Under the pieces are notes generated by a model. It made no database searches, was not told the origin of the DNA, and saw only the letters and a list, made by a program, of their open reading frames with translations. Shown here one piece after another: positions 9,916 through 20,789 of a stretch of 64,000 bases of DNA (position 1 is its first letter; each line of letters starts with the position of its first letter). A program made the translations under genes and the position numbers. This DNA is from a bacterium (GTDB lineage Bacteria; Zhuqueibacterota; Zhuqueibacteria; Residuimicrobiales; Krinioviventaceae), in assembly GCA_963675755.2 (NCBI GenBank), contig CAXXMD010000003.1:2368001-2432000 (forward strand). The letters run 5' to 3'.

Positions 9916-11325
9916 ATGAAAAATATTAATGAGAAAAAACAAGCGAATCTTTATCAGGCTTTGATACCCGTTGCGTTTTTGGTTTTATTTTTGGGTGTCA
10001 ATGTGCTGTTGTTTGACGGTAGTCCGCATATTCCTTTGATTTTTGGAACCGTTGCCGCTTCATTGATGGGTATGTATCTGGGGTATACCTGGAAGACCAT
10101 TGAACGGGGTATTGTTGAAGGAATAGAGATCGCTTTGCAGGCGTGTTTGATTTTACTGGTTATTGGAATGCTTATTGGAACCTGGATTGTAGGTGGTATT
10201 GTACCCACAATGATCTATTTTGGATTAAAGATCATATCCCCATCAATTTTTCTGGCTGCAACCTGTGTGATCTGTTCCCTGGTTTCACTCGCTACTGGTA
10301 GTTCATGGTCAACAGCAGGTACTGTTGGTATTGCTTTAATTGGAATTGGGCAGGGACTTGGGGTACCTTTGCCAATGGTTGCAGGAGCTATCATTTCGGG
10401 TTCTTACTTTGGCGACAAAATGTCGCCACTTTCCGATACAACGAATCTGGCACCCGCTGTTGCGGGCTCTGAAATTTTTAGTCATATTCGACACATGTTG
10501 TATACAACAGGGCCCAGTTATATTATTGCCCTGGTTTTATATTTGTTATTGGGGTTCAAATATGGCAGCAATGCTGTACAATTACAGAATATTAATCTGA
10601 TTCTCGATTCGTTACAAGCCACGTTTAATTTAACACCCATACTGCTTGTTGCTCCACTTTTGGTTATTTTGATGGTTGTTTTTAAACTGCCCGCATTGCC
10701 GTCACTGTTAGGGGGCGCTGTTTTGGGTGGTATTGCTGCAATTGTTTTTCAGCAAACGCCGGTCAGTGAGATCATGAATGCGGCGCAAAATGGGTATGTA
10801 TCGCATTCGGGACTCGAATCTGTAGATACGCTGCTAAGCCGGGGCGGTATGGAAAGTATGCTGACTACCGTAGCGTTGATCCTGTGCGCGTTGTCGTTTG
10901 GCGGCGTTATGGAAAAAACCGGTATGCTGGAAGTTATAGCCGGAGCGATACTGAAACTGGCCCGATCAGTTGGCGGACTTGTTACTTCAACAGTGCTTAC
11001 CTGTATGTGTATGAATACTATAGCACCGGACCAGTATTTGTCTATCATTGTTCCGGGACGGATGTACAAAGATGCTTTTGCAAAAGCAGGTCTTGATCCC
11101 AAAAATTTGTCCCGCTGCCTCGAAGATGGCGGCACGCTCAGTTCATCGCTTATTCCATGGAACACCGGAGGCGCCTATATGTGGGCCACCCTGGGAGTCT
11201 ATCCGCTTGCGTATTTACCCTTTGCATTTTTGAACATCATCAATCCACTGGTATCTATTTTTTACGGATATACGGGCATTACCATGACAAAGCTGGACGA
11301 AAATAAAAAGTCAGATCCTTTTTGA
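9916..11325 (+). CDS. nhaC: Na+/H+ antiporter NhaC family
   Basis: TGSSWSTAGTVG, GDKMSPLSDTTNLA, LIPWNT signatures; multi-TM. Confidence 0.92.
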   Translation: MKNINEKKQANLYQALIPVAFLVLFLGVNVLLFDGSPHIPLIFGTVAASLMGMYLGYTWKTIERGIVEGIEIALQACLILLVIGMLIGTWIVGGIVPTMIYFGLKIISPSIFLAATCVICSLVSLATGSSWSTAGTVGIALIGIGQGLGVPLPMVAGAIISGSYFGDKMSPLSDTTNLAPAVAGSEIFSHIRHMLYTTGPSYIIALVLYLLLGFKYGSNAVQLQNINLILDSLQATFNLTPILLVAPLLVILMVVFKLPALPSLLGGAVLGGIAAIVFQQTPVSEIMNAAQNGYVSHSGLESVDTLLSRGGMESMLTTVALILCALSFGGVMEKTGMLEVIAGAILKLARSVGGLVTSTVLTCMCMNTIAPDQYLSIIVPGRMYKDAFAKAGLDPKNLSRCLEDGGTLSSSLIPWNTGGAYMWATLGVYPLAYLPFAFLNIINPLVSIFYGYTGITMTKLDENKKSDPF

Positions 11326-12186
11326 TTTATTCTGTTTCCATTTAGGTTGCACAATCTTATTCTCGCGAATTATTCTTATCAGCAGATAAATAGATATTCC
11401 TGAACAAATCAAGATAGCCGGTAAACCCGCTTCAATTCCCCATTGGCCTCCTGTCAGTATTGCCGGTCCCTCCAGATTGGTTTGCAATAACCCGGATAAT
11501 TCCATTCCGGATACATTAATACCGAAAATTCCACCCATGGTAAAATTCCATGCGAAATGAAATCCTGTAATAACCCATAACCTGCGTGTTATCATATAAA
11601 GAAGCGTGAGCATGAGTCCAAACTCTATTCCCACTGCAAAAGTACTGAGTATTGACGAGCCACTATTTGTCATATGTGTTAAACCTACTTCCAACGAAGA
11701 GATAATGATAGCAATCCAACTGCCTAATCCTTCTTCCAATATTCGAAAGAGAATACCTCTGCTTATCAGCTCTTCAAAAAAACCTATGAAAAGGTTAAGC
11801 AGAAAGAATCTAATGATACCTACAGAAAAAGCCATACCTTGAATTTGATAAACATCAATAATCCAAAGAAACACAACCTGAAGTGTGATTAAGCCCGCTC
11901 CCAATCCCAAACCTTGCAATAGTTCTTTTTTACAGTGTTTTATCGAGTATTCTACGGGTTTGCGTTTTTCAATTTTCTTTGTGTAAAGAGCGTATCCCAT
12001 ATAGACAACACTGATGAGTACCAGGGTATAAATTGTCCGTATCCAAAAAAAGTCAAAAATCATGTGGCTTTTTAAAATGTTTTTAATGATGATGGTAATG
12101 GCCATCGGGAATCCTACAAATAATATTGCTAATATAATTCGGATCAGAAAAAACGGCTGTTTTGCAGAGTTGATTTCAGTATTCAT
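11311..12186 (-). CDS. CPBP (CAAX/Abi) intramembrane metalloprotease
   Basis: EELISRG, GLTH, HFAWN motifs; GGQWGIEAG. Confidence 0.88.
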   Translation of the reverse strand: MNTEINSAKQPFFLIRIILAILFVGFPMAITIIIKNILKSHMIFDFFWIRTIYTLVLISVVYMGYALYTKKIEKRKPVEYSIKHCKKELLQGLGLGAGLITLQVVFLWIIDVYQIQGMAFSVGIIRFFLLNLFIGFFEELISRGILFRILEEGLGSWIAIIISSLEVGLTHMTNSGSSILSTFAVGIEFGLMLTLLYMITRRLWVITGFHFAWNFTMGGIFGINVSGMELSGLLQTNLEGPAILTGGQWGIEAGLPAILICSGISIYLLIRIIRENKIVQPKWKQNKSKRI

Positions 12187-12248
12187 TTTGCATCCTTAAA
12201 TTTGGTTAAATTTCTTTATTATCATATCGCTTTTTCATCAGGAAACCT

Positions 12249-12298
12249 ATAGGACTTGCGTCTCATTTAGGTTCTATGATATAGGTCTCTGGTCCTAT
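12249..12298. promoter_or_regulatory. Two 7-4-7 inverted repeats, candidate LuxR/NarL-family operators
   Basis: ATAGGAC-ttgc-GTCTCAT (12249-12266) and ATAGGTC-tctg-GTCCTAT (12281-12298), between the divergent CPBP and LuxR genes. Confidence 0.55.
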
Positions 12299-12385
12299 TT
12301 TGTAAAAGATGAAAATCTTGAAAAGATGCTTGAATTAAAGAGTGCATTTGTATATTTTATTTTACATGATGAATAAGGAAAAAGA

Positions 12386-13318
12386 ATGGCAGACCATTAC
12401 AAGATTTTTATTGCCCTGGTAAACCTAATGGCGGGGTCAGCAATTTTTATTTATACCCAAAATGTGCAAAAAGCATTCTCTTTTCCATACATCAAGCATG
12501 TAAAACATTATATTGTTTATTATAATATTCTGATATTTTTATTGTTGGTTACAAAGTATTATGATGTAAATGTATCACTTGAGGGATTGTCTGGTTACGT
12601 TCCAGCGATGGTCAAGGTTGTAGATCTGGTTTTTTCGCTGACTTTTATAGGGATGGCTTTTGCTGTTTTCAGTTTTTATAATGGCATTCGTGGAAATAAA
12701 GTTAAACAAAGAATTATAACGATAATCAGGATTTTTGTATTATTTACCATTTGCAGTTATTTTATTTACATTTTTATAACTCCGCAATCGGCTGTGTATA
12801 AATGGATTTCTATTGTTCTTGAATCGATTGGTGATCTATTTTTTATTCTCCAACTAGTTGTAATGACCGCTATACTTTTGTATTCGAGACGGGTTGAGAA
12901 CCCGCTTGAGGCAAAGATGGTGCGTTTTTATCCTGTTTTGTATTTTATTGGATTTGTCTCGTTTTTTATTCTTTACCTGCTGCCGGCAGGATTCCGTTTG
13001 TATCTTTTATTCCCTTTGTTATTCTATTGTAATATTATTCCTGTAATCTGGTTGAGATTTTATTTTTTGAGGTTTGCCAATGATTCATTAGTAATTGTGG
13101 CTGATAAAGGTTTGAGAAATACTATATTTAATAAATACAATATTTCAAAGCGCGAACAGGAAATTATTGAATTGCTTTTAGAGGGGAACAGCAATAAAGA
13201 AATTACACAAAAGCTGTTTATTTCTTTACATACGGTTAAGAACCATATCTATAATATCTATCAAAAAATGGGGATTAAAAGCCGTTATCAGTTATTAAAT
13301 GTGTTTATACAAAAATAA
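12386..13318 (+). CDS. Membrane-integral LuxR-family transcriptional regulator
   Basis: About 6-7 TM helices, then ISKREQEIIELLLEGNSNKEI..LFISLHTVKNHIYNIYQK. Confidence 0.9.
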   Translation: MADHYKIFIALVNLMAGSAIFIYTQNVQKAFSFPYIKHVKHYIVYYNILIFLLLVTKYYDVNVSLEGLSGYVPAMVKVVDLVFSLTFIGMAFAVFSFYNGIRGNKVKQRIITIIRIFVLFTICSYFIYIFITPQSAVYKWISIVLESIGDLFFILQLVVMTAILLYSRRVENPLEAKMVRFYPVLYFIGFVSFFILYLLPAGFRLYLLFPLLFYCNIIPVIWLRFYFLRFANDSLVIVADKGLRNTIFNKYNISKREQEIIELLLEGNSNKEITQKLFISLHTVKNHIYNIYQKMGIKSRYQLLNVFIQK

Positions 13319-13340
13319 ATTATCAATTCGTATGCAGGGT

Positions 13341-13793
13341 TCAATATCCCAATTGAGTCTGGGTTGGCCAATTTACATACAATAATGCAACAAGTACTGC
13401 TAAATTGATAACAATATTGCCAATTTTATGGAAAAATAGCAGTATGAACGCATTCCAGTAAAGAAATATCGCCCACAATGAAATAACAGCCGAAATGATT
13501 AAAATCCTTCGCCAAATATCAACCGGAATGAGTAATCCATTTATTGAAAAGGCACCACAAATAAATCCCGTAAAAGCAACTATAAATAAAATTGCTGCAA
13601 TGATTCGGGAGGCAGATGAACCCAGTAAATCTGTCAAGAGCCATGAATTTGCGGACCAATTTTTAGCCCAATCGGGTCCTTTTGAACTGCCCACACCAAA
13701 TAATCCCATTGCCGGGATTGCGCCCATGAGTTGTCCCACACCATGAAATACCAATATTGCAGTGATCGTCAATCGTAAAAATACCGGTGACAT
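13341..13793 (-). CDS. Hypothetical 4-TM membrane protein
   Basis: 150 aa with four hydrophobic segments; GGGG RBS upstream. Confidence 0.65.
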   Translation of the reverse strand: MSPVFLRLTITAILVFHGVGQLMGAIPAMGLFGVGSSKGPDWAKNWSANSWLLTDLLGSSASRIIAAILFIVAFTGFICGAFSINGLLIPVDIWRRILIISAVISLWAIFLYWNAFILLFFHKIGNIVINLAVLVALLYVNWPTQTQLGY

Positions 13794-13972
13794 GTATTAC
13801 CCCTTTTCCTGATGATTTGAATATTTAAAAATAAATGAATTTGGGCAATTCTGCAAGGGATTTTAATATTTGTTGTAATATGCATCAATATGATAAATTA
13901 AAAGTCGTTTCCGAAATAACCTGAATCTCATTCATGTTGTAACATTTTATCAGGTAAAGGAGAGGAGAATGT

Positions 13973-16189
13973 ATGAATCGTTCAATCATTTGGGGATTGG
14001 GGTTATTACTGATGTTCACCATGCAGGGGTTGGCAACCAATGTGGTTTCTGAAGGACCTGTTGCCAGATTTTATTATGTAGATGAACCGAATGAAATACA
14101 GTTTGTTGCCAGTAATGACAGTAATTTTACCGCTGATAAATATACGGCAACGGTAACGGTTAAGGACAAATTGGGTAATGTTGTTTTTGATGATGAGGTG
14201 GAAGGAACAGACCTGAAACCGTATACCAAAGATACACTATCTACCCAAATTAAATGGACGCCAACACTAACCGGTTATTATGATCTTTCCGTAAAACTGG
14301 ATTTTGAATGGGAAGTTTATCCGCAAGACAATGAGAAAACGGTAGAGGTGCCGGTCATTATAAGCCGGTCAACTGCCGCGTCTGTATTAAATGGTTATCT
14401 GCCCTCTTTATTCGATGATCTGGAAAAGGTTTGGGCATTTATGCCGCAGGAACCTTTGGAGCCGGGTGATAAGCTGGAATCTTTTGATACTCGCGAGTTT
14501 TCGGTATCGCTCGATTCGTGGAAATACCTGGGCTGGGTAGACTGGGGCAAGGATTTCAACTTTGCGCATCCGGGATACTATGTGACGATTGATGCTTTTG
14601 ATTCTTCAAAAGTGGAACCCCATTATATAAACTGGTATCCCAAGATCAATGGATTGACATATCTTGGAGATTATGACGAACGAATCAATAGCGATGACCG
14701 GGTGTATGGTACGGATCCTGTACAGACTGTGGAAACCGATACGGAAACCATAACCGATCAGGCATCTACCTCTGCTGCGGGTGATTCAATCTGTGTATTG
14801 TTGGTAACAGGCAGTGAAGATTCGGACAGAGAGCGGGAAGCCCGGCAGTTTAATATTGATGTTATTCGAAATAATTTGATGAATGAACGTTTAGGGGCAA
14901 ATCTACCTGAATCCAGTTTTGAAACGTTGCGGAATCCCACAAAACAACAGATTATTGATAAAATTCGTTCAATGAAAAACAAGTGTAAAACGGTTTATTT
15001 TTATTATACCGGTCATGGCTGGGATGGCGGCATGTGCACAAGCGATACCGCGAATGCCTGGATAGGTTATTGGGACCTGGCCAATGAGCTTTACGATACC
15101 AACGCTAAAGATATTAATGTGATTTTGGATACCTGCCACTCGGGTTCAGCAATTTCCTGGTTTGATTCATATCGAAAGAGGGACCGTAATGTTACTGTAT
15201 TGACATCTTGTACTGCGGACACATTGTCCTGGCGGTATGTGATACAGAATGATGGAAACGGCGATGCTATCTGGGGCAGCTTTTTTACCTGGGCCTGGGT
15301 TAAATGTTATGGCGATCCTGCTGCTGATGCCAATCATGATGGAGTGGTTTCACTGGTTGAGGCTTTTGACTGTGTTCGGGCCGCGAATCCTGAGCTGGAT
15401 GGAGACCATATCAATACACTAATGAATCCGCAGAGGTTTACACATCGGGCGGTGGTGCCTCCAGCCGAACCGGATCAACCGGTTACGGTACCGGATTCTG
15501 ACTTGAGAATTACGGCAAATGATTACAGCGAGATTGATCTGGATATGGGTGTTACGGTCAAGACTTATGGATATGATGATGAATTTTATGTGGAACCCTA
15601 TGGCGGTGGTATTACCGGACTGGGTACGTACAAGTATTATAACACAGAATATTATTTTACTCCCTCGGATGTTGAGGATAGTACAAAATATACTCTCGAG
15701 TTCAAGTACACACTGGGACTCGATGTCTATACCTTGAATGCTAAACTGGGGCTGGTGTACCGTGACAGTTCCGATTCAAAATGGAATGTTTGGGAGAAAT
15801 CAGAAATAGATACCAGTAAGCAGACGGTATATGGCTATGATATAAACAAGGACGGATACTGGGCACTGGGGACCATAACTCTGGAGACGGCGGTTGATGG
15901 AAGTAAGCAAGTTGTTGCGACACCCCTTGGGTACCGATTGGAACAGAATTATCCCAACCCTTTTAATCCTGCTACAAAGATCATGTACAGTATTCCTTCA
16001 AGACAGCATGTCAAACTGGCAGTTTATGATATAACGGGTCGTACCGTTGCGTTACTGTTTGAAGGCGTTCAAGATGCGGGAATACATCAACTGGGATTTG
16101 ATGCGTCTGCCTTGTCTTCCGGGACATATTTTGTGCACATTGAAAGCGGCGATTACACCGCTGTGCGAAAGATGGTATATGTGAGATAA
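13973..16189 (+). CDS. Secreted clan CD (caspase/legumain-like) cysteine peptidase with C-terminal sorting domain
   Basis: Signal peptide; YFYYTGHG and ILDTCHSG dyad; DANHDGVVSLVEA; LEQNYPNPFNP CTD. Confidence 0.85.
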   Translation: MNRSIIWGLGLLLMFTMQGLATNVVSEGPVARFYYVDEPNEIQFVASNDSNFTADKYTATVTVKDKLGNVVFDDEVEGTDLKPYTKDTLSTQIKWTPTLTGYYDLSVKLDFEWEVYPQDNEKTVEVPVIISRSTAASVLNGYLPSLFDDLEKVWAFMPQEPLEPGDKLESFDTREFSVSLDSWKYLGWVDWGKDFNFAHPGYYVTIDAFDSSKVEPHYINWYPKINGLTYLGDYDERINSDDRVYGTDPVQTVETDTETITDQASTSAAGDSICVLLVTGSEDSDREREARQFNIDVIRNNLMNERLGANLPESSFETLRNPTKQQIIDKIRSMKNKCKTVYFYYTGHGWDGGMCTSDTANAWIGYWDLANELYDTNAKDINVILDTCHSGSAISWFDSYRKRDRNVTVLTSCTADTLSWRYVIQNDGNGDAIWGSFFTWAWVKCYGDPAADANHDGVVSLVEAFDCVRAANPELDGDHINTLMNPQRFTHRAVVPPAEPDQPVTVPDSDLRITANDYSEIDLDMGVTVKTYGYDDEFYVEPYGGGITGLGTYKYYNTEYYFTPSDVEDSTKYTLEFKYTLGLDVYTLNAKLGLVYRDSSDSKWNVWEKSEIDTSKQTVYGYDINKDGYWALGTITLETAVDGSKQVVATPLGYRLEQNYPNPFNPATKIMYSIPSRQHVKLAVYDITGRTVALLFEGVQDAGIHQLGFDASALSSGTYFVHIESGDYTAVRKMVYVR

Positions 16190-16191
16190 TT

Positions 16192-16223
16192 AAAAAAAGG
16201 GCGATTTTTGATCGCCCTTTTTT
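16192..16223. terminator. Bidirectional intrinsic terminator
   Basis: AAAAAAGGGCGAT-ttttg-ATCGCCCTTTTTT between convergent genes. Confidence 0.85.
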
Positions 16224-16226
16224 ATT

Positions 16227-17171
16227 TCAATCCATTTTTATGACCAGTTTCTCCCTAATCCTTTCACCCTTTTCCATTGTGGTAATGGATTCCACGGCGC
16301 TATTCAATGGGACGGTTTTACCAATGACGGGTTTCAGAATGCCTTGTTCTGCCAGATCTGCAAGTTTGAACAGACGTTCACGTTTGCCCATAGTGTTGAA
16401 TACGGTATACGATTTGTTGGAAATCAAGGATGTCAACAAGGCTAATGGTAATCCGGAAGTGGGGATAATATGGATAAATGTTCCTCCCGGTTTAAGGATT
16501 TTCAGGCATTTGCTAAAAGAGAGTGTTCCCGGTGTATCGAAAATGATATCAAAAGAATGGGATACATTATTAACGGATGTACTCCGGTAATCATAGACCT
16601 CGTCGCAGCCCAGGTGTTCTGCTGCTTCCATATCGTAACTGCCGCAGAATCCGGTAACCTTGGCGCCCGAGCCTTTGGCAATCTGTACAGCCATGTGCCC
16701 CACACCACCCATACAGCCGTTTACCAGTACATCCATACCGGACATAAGGTTGGCTTTATCGTAAAATGCCTTGAGAACCGTACTGCCGGCAACACCAAAA
16801 CAGGCGGCTTGTTCAAAGGAGGCACTGTCCGGGAGTGGTACAGTCAATTCCGCATCCACAGCCACATATTCGGCAAAGGTGCCGCTATTGCGGTAATCGG
16901 CCCAGCCGAACACCCGATCTCCCGGATTCAGACCGGTTACATTGCTGCCGGTTTGTTCAACAATACCGCTAAAGTCGATACCCATCTGCCGGGGGAATCG
17001 ACTGCTGGTAACTAACCGTGCGAGCCCTGAACGCAGTTTCAAATCCACAGGATTGACCGATGTCGCCTTGACGCGCACCAGCACCTGGTTACTTTTAGGA
17101 ATCGGAGTGGGGATTTCACCGAGGTGCATGACCTCGGGGCCGCCGTAACGGTTATAGAGAATTGCTTTCAT
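16227..17171 (-). CDS. NAD(P)-dependent MDR-family oxidoreductase (quinone-reductase-like)
   Basis: MKAILYNRYGGPEV start at 17171; SVNPVD, GIDFSG, GCMGGVG. Confidence 0.88.
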   Translation of the reverse strand: MKAILYNRYGGPEVMHLGEIPTPIPKSNQVLVRVKATSVNPVDLKLRSGLARLVTSSRFPRQMGIDFSGIVEQTGSNVTGLNPGDRVFGWADYRNSGTFAEYVAVDAELTVPLPDSASFEQAACFGVAGSTVLKAFYDKANLMSGMDVLVNGCMGGVGHMAVQIAKGSGAKVTGFCGSYDMEAAEHLGCDEVYDYRSTSVNNVSHSFDIIFDTPGTLSFSKCLKILKPGGTFIHIIPTSGLPLALLTSLISNKSYTVFNTMGKRERLFKLADLAEQGILKPVIGKTVPLNSAVESITTMEKGERIREKLVIKMD

Positions 17172-17373
17172 AGAATAATACGCTTTCAATTGTTTTAATG
17201 GGGTAACAAAATTGTTCAAATGTTATTCCATTAGATTGCTTGAACAGTGAATTGTGGATTGTAAACAATTATCATATTGTAATATTCAGTTATCAAATAT
17301 TTTGGAATATTAAAATAAAATTTTATATTATTGTCTCTCTTTACGTCAAATCAAAAAAATTAGAGGACAAATT

Positions 17374-19716
17374 ATGGGTAAATCGTTTTTCAGTTTCCTG
17401 ATCATTGCACTGACCAGCACGTTCTGCCTGGCCGGTGGTGGTCAAAAATCTGCTGTAGATTATGTTGATCCTTTTATTGGTACTGACTTTTTTGCACATA
17501 CCTACCCCGGAGCAGTTGTTCCGTTCAGTATGGTGCAATTGAGTCCTGATACCTATAACCAGGGCTGGACCTATTGTTCCGGTTATCAGTACAAGGATTT
17601 TTCACTGATGGGATTCAGTCATACCCATCTTTCCGGAACCGGTGGCGCGGAAATGGGCGATATCTTGATCATGCCTACAACCGGACAAAAAATTTATGTT
17701 GTTCCCGGTACACGGGAAAATCCGGATGAAGGGTATCGTTCCCGTTTCAGTCATGACCGTGAATGGGCAACTCCCGGATATTACGCTGTAGATCTGCTGG
17801 ATTATGACATAAAAGCAGAGTTGACAGCTACCAAACGTGTAGGAGTTCACCGCTATACCTTTCCAAAAAGCGAAAATGCCCATATCATTATGGACCTGAC
17901 CCATGTGATTGGAGATGCTCCTGAAGCTCCATCTCATGTAGAGTTTATAAATAATTATAAAATGCAAGGTTGGAAACAAAGTGCAACCGTTAAAGTGTAT
18001 TTTGTAGCCGAGTTCAGCAAACCCTTTGCGGCTTTTGGAACCTGGGATACTTCGTATGATATGCCGGAATCTGATGAAGATTTGTACCCCTATCACACAC
18101 ACGAAACCGGTAATGCAATCGGTGCGTTTGTAAATTATGTTACGACCGAAGGTGAACAGGTTGTTGTCAAAGTTGCAATTTCTTATGTAAGTGTTGAAGG
18201 CGCACAGAAAAATCTGGATGCTGAAGTCCCACATTGGGATTTTGAACAGGTCCGTTATGAGGCCCGTGAAACATGGGCTAAAGCATTGTCTGCCATTGAT
18301 ATTCAAGGTGGAACCGAAGAACAGAAACAGATCTTTTATACCGGATTATATCATTCATTACTTCCCCAGTACATCAGCTCGGATGTAGATGGAAAATATG
18401 TAGGTATGGATGGCAGTATTCAGACTGCAAAAGATTTCGAGTTCTTTCCCACATTTCTGGCCTGGGATACGTTTCGTTCAGAACATCCATTGATTACCCT
18501 TGTAGCTCCCGAATATGTGGATGATATTGTAAAATCAATTGAATCCAAAGTCAGAACATATGGCTGGCTGCCGGCACAGCATACACGTAACCAGTTCCAA
18601 CAGGGCATGGTTGGCGATCACCTGGTACCTATTGTGGTAGATGCCTATATGAAGGGTTTTCGTGATTTTGATGTAGAGTTTTTGTATAATGCCATGAAAG
18701 CCAAGGCTACTACAGAGGCGCCATCCAAATATCCCAGCGATCACAGTCGCTCCGGTATTGATTTTACAAACAAGTTGGGGTATGCTCCTTGCGATCGTAT
18801 TACAGAATCGGTTTCCAATACTCTTGAATTTGCCTATAACGACTGGTGTCTGGCGCAGATGGCCAAAGAAATGGGCAAGATGGATGATTATGAAATGTTT
18901 ATGAAAAAAGCCGGAAACTATAAAAATGTTTGGGATGCTGAAACCCGTTTTATGCGTCCACGCAAAGTGAATGGTGATTTTCTGGAATTAAAAACTGATA
19001 AACAGGAAATCAAACATTACAAAGATCATTCTTATTTTGGCTATTTTGATCCATTTTTGATTGGCCGCAGACCCAATCGCCACTATTCAGAATCTGATGC
19101 ATGGGATTATCTCTGGTTTGTTCCGCATGATCCCAAAGGACTTGTTAATTTGTTTGGAAGTCAAGATGCTTTTATTGCCAAGTTGGATAGCCACTTTACC
19201 ATAAGTCCCGAAGTTTCTTTTCCGAAATATGTCGGTGTAGTGGGTACCTATGGTCAATATGTTCATGGTAACCAGCCTGCTCACCATGTGGCCTATATGT
19301 ATGATTACGCGGGCCAGCCCTGGAAAACCCAAATGCGCACTCGTCACATCATGGACTTTTTGTATCGCACCGGTCGTGCGGGAATCTGTGGTAATGATGA
19401 TATGGGTTCTTTGTCATCCTGGTATGTGTTAAGCGCAATGGGATTTTATCCTGTTAGTCCTGGCTCAAACGAGTATGCAATCGGTTCACCCTTGTTTGAT
19501 AAAGCGACCATCAACCTTGGTGCACCATACAGTGGTAAGGAATTTACAGTCAAGGCTGTAAATGTTTCTGCAGAGAATAAATACATCCAGTCCGCAAAAT
19601 TGAATGGCAGAGACCTGAATAAAGCAATTCTTCCTCAAGAAGCCATTGCGAATGGTGGTACCCTGGAATTGATTATGGGACCCGAGCCCAATAAATCATG
19701 GGGTTTGGGAGAATAG
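17374..19716 (+). CDS. GH92 alpha-mannosidase
   Basis: YVDPFIGT, PFSMVQLSPDT, GFSHTHLSGTG, WDTFRS, HGNQPAHH, GNDDMGSLSSWYV. Confidence 0.95.
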   Translation: MGKSFFSFLIIALTSTFCLAGGGQKSAVDYVDPFIGTDFFAHTYPGAVVPFSMVQLSPDTYNQGWTYCSGYQYKDFSLMGFSHTHLSGTGGAEMGDILIMPTTGQKIYVVPGTRENPDEGYRSRFSHDREWATPGYYAVDLLDYDIKAELTATKRVGVHRYTFPKSENAHIIMDLTHVIGDAPEAPSHVEFINNYKMQGWKQSATVKVYFVAEFSKPFAAFGTWDTSYDMPESDEDLYPYHTHETGNAIGAFVNYVTTEGEQVVVKVAISYVSVEGAQKNLDAEVPHWDFEQVRYEARETWAKALSAIDIQGGTEEQKQIFYTGLYHSLLPQYISSDVDGKYVGMDGSIQTAKDFEFFPTFLAWDTFRSEHPLITLVAPEYVDDIVKSIESKVRTYGWLPAQHTRNQFQQGMVGDHLVPIVVDAYMKGFRDFDVEFLYNAMKAKATTEAPSKYPSDHSRSGIDFTNKLGYAPCDRITESVSNTLEFAYNDWCLAQMAKEMGKMDDYEMFMKKAGNYKNVWDAETRFMRPRKVNGDFLELKTDKQEIKHYKDHSYFGYFDPFLIGRRPNRHYSESDAWDYLWFVPHDPKGLVNLFGSQDAFIAKLDSHFTISPEVSFPKYVGVVGTYGQYVHGNQPAHHVAYMYDYAGQPWKTQMRTRHIMDFLYRTGRAGICGNDDMGSLSSWYVLSAMGFYPVSPGSNEYAIGSPLFDKATINLGAPYSGKEFTVKAVNVSAENKYIQSAKLNGRDLNKAILPQEAIANGGTLELIMGPEPNKSWGLGE

Positions 19717-19745
19717 ATCTAGATTTTTAAAGATATAAAGTAATC

Positions 19746-19809
19746 ACCACAGGGACACAGAGGTCACAGAGATTAGATTTATTCTCTGTGTACCCTGAGT
19801 CTCTGTGGT
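19746..19809. repeat. REP-like inverted repeat (CACAGAG family), possibly also a terminator
   Basis: ACCACAGGGACACAGAGGTCACAGAGA ... TCTCTGTGTACCCTGAGTCTCTGTGGT between convergent genes. Confidence 0.75.
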
Positions 19810-19813
19810 TTTT

Positions 19814-20773
19814 TTATTCCTCAATACAAATTTCTTTTCTGCCAATTGCTTTGAATGTTTTGACCAATAAAACTGCGATGATCATGATCAAAACAACCAA
19901 GGCAGTCAATGCAATAATCTCAAATATCATATAATGCGTTACATGGGACATGAGTATGGATGCCAGGACAAATGCGGCAAGGGGAAAGGTATAGGCCCAC
20001 CATGACAGGAAAAAATTGATCTTGATAAAGTTTTTACCCTGCATAAATATAAAGAGAAAAAGAAATAACGCGGAATAATAGAGTATACGCGCGAATACAT
20101 CAAAATCACCGGTGAGCTTGTTGTATGCAATAAATCCTATAGCTGGCGCAGCAAAGAGTATGAACAGCGTCGGCAGCAGTTTGTCTGGCAAAGGATCATG
20201 AAAGATCAAGCGGTAAAAGATAATGGTCGTTAGCATAATCATCCAGATGGTACCAATGGTGAAAAAGAACCAGGAAATCTCGGGGTGTGCGTGTTGTACA
20301 CCGGCTATAGGTACAATTATATTGCCCACAACCGGGATGAACCATGCGGGACTTAGATGATGAATCTTGAAATGTTTATGTGTAACCCAGCCATTAAGAA
20401 TGTTAAAACTGAAAAAAAGTGTGAGAATTACACCGGCAATCCACAATCCTTTGGAAACACTCATGTTGAGCTGTAAAAACGCTACACTCAATACCAGGGG
20501 TACTTTGGCTATAAGCGGGAAAAAGTTGATCTTGATGGGATGGTGATACTCTTCAATTACATCCTGTTTGAACAAGATGAGTTTTAATCCATAAAACACA
20601 AGCATGGTAATATACAGGAGAATGGTAAAGCCAATAAACCCCAAGCTTACAGAATGGGGTAAAAAGGGTACCAGGGATTCTGTTTTGAGAAGGGCCAGAG
20701 AAAATCCGGCAAATCCCAATACGGGTGCAAAGAATGAAATGGGAAAGTGTTTTAATCTCAGCTGGTGTGTCAT
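19814..20773 (-). CDS. SLAC1/TDT (TehA-like) anion channel
   Basis: FFAPVLG, HPIKINFFP, PAWFIPVVGN, SWWAYTFP; about 10 TM. Confidence 0.9.
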   Translation of the reverse strand: MTHQLRLKHFPISFFAPVLGFAGFSLALLKTESLVPFLPHSVSLGFIGFTILLYITMLVFYGLKLILFKQDVIEEYHHPIKINFFPLIAKVPLVLSVAFLQLNMSVSKGLWIAGVILTLFFSFNILNGWVTHKHFKIHHLSPAWFIPVVGNIIVPIAGVQHAHPEISWFFFTIGTIWMIMLTTIIFYRLIFHDPLPDKLLPTLFILFAAPAIGFIAYNKLTGDFDVFARILYYSALFLFLFIFMQGKNFIKINFFLSWWAYTFPLAAFVLASILMSHVTHYMIFEIIALTALVVLIMIIAVLLVKTFKAIGRKEICIEE

Positions 20774-20789
20774 GTTCTAGTCCTTTATT

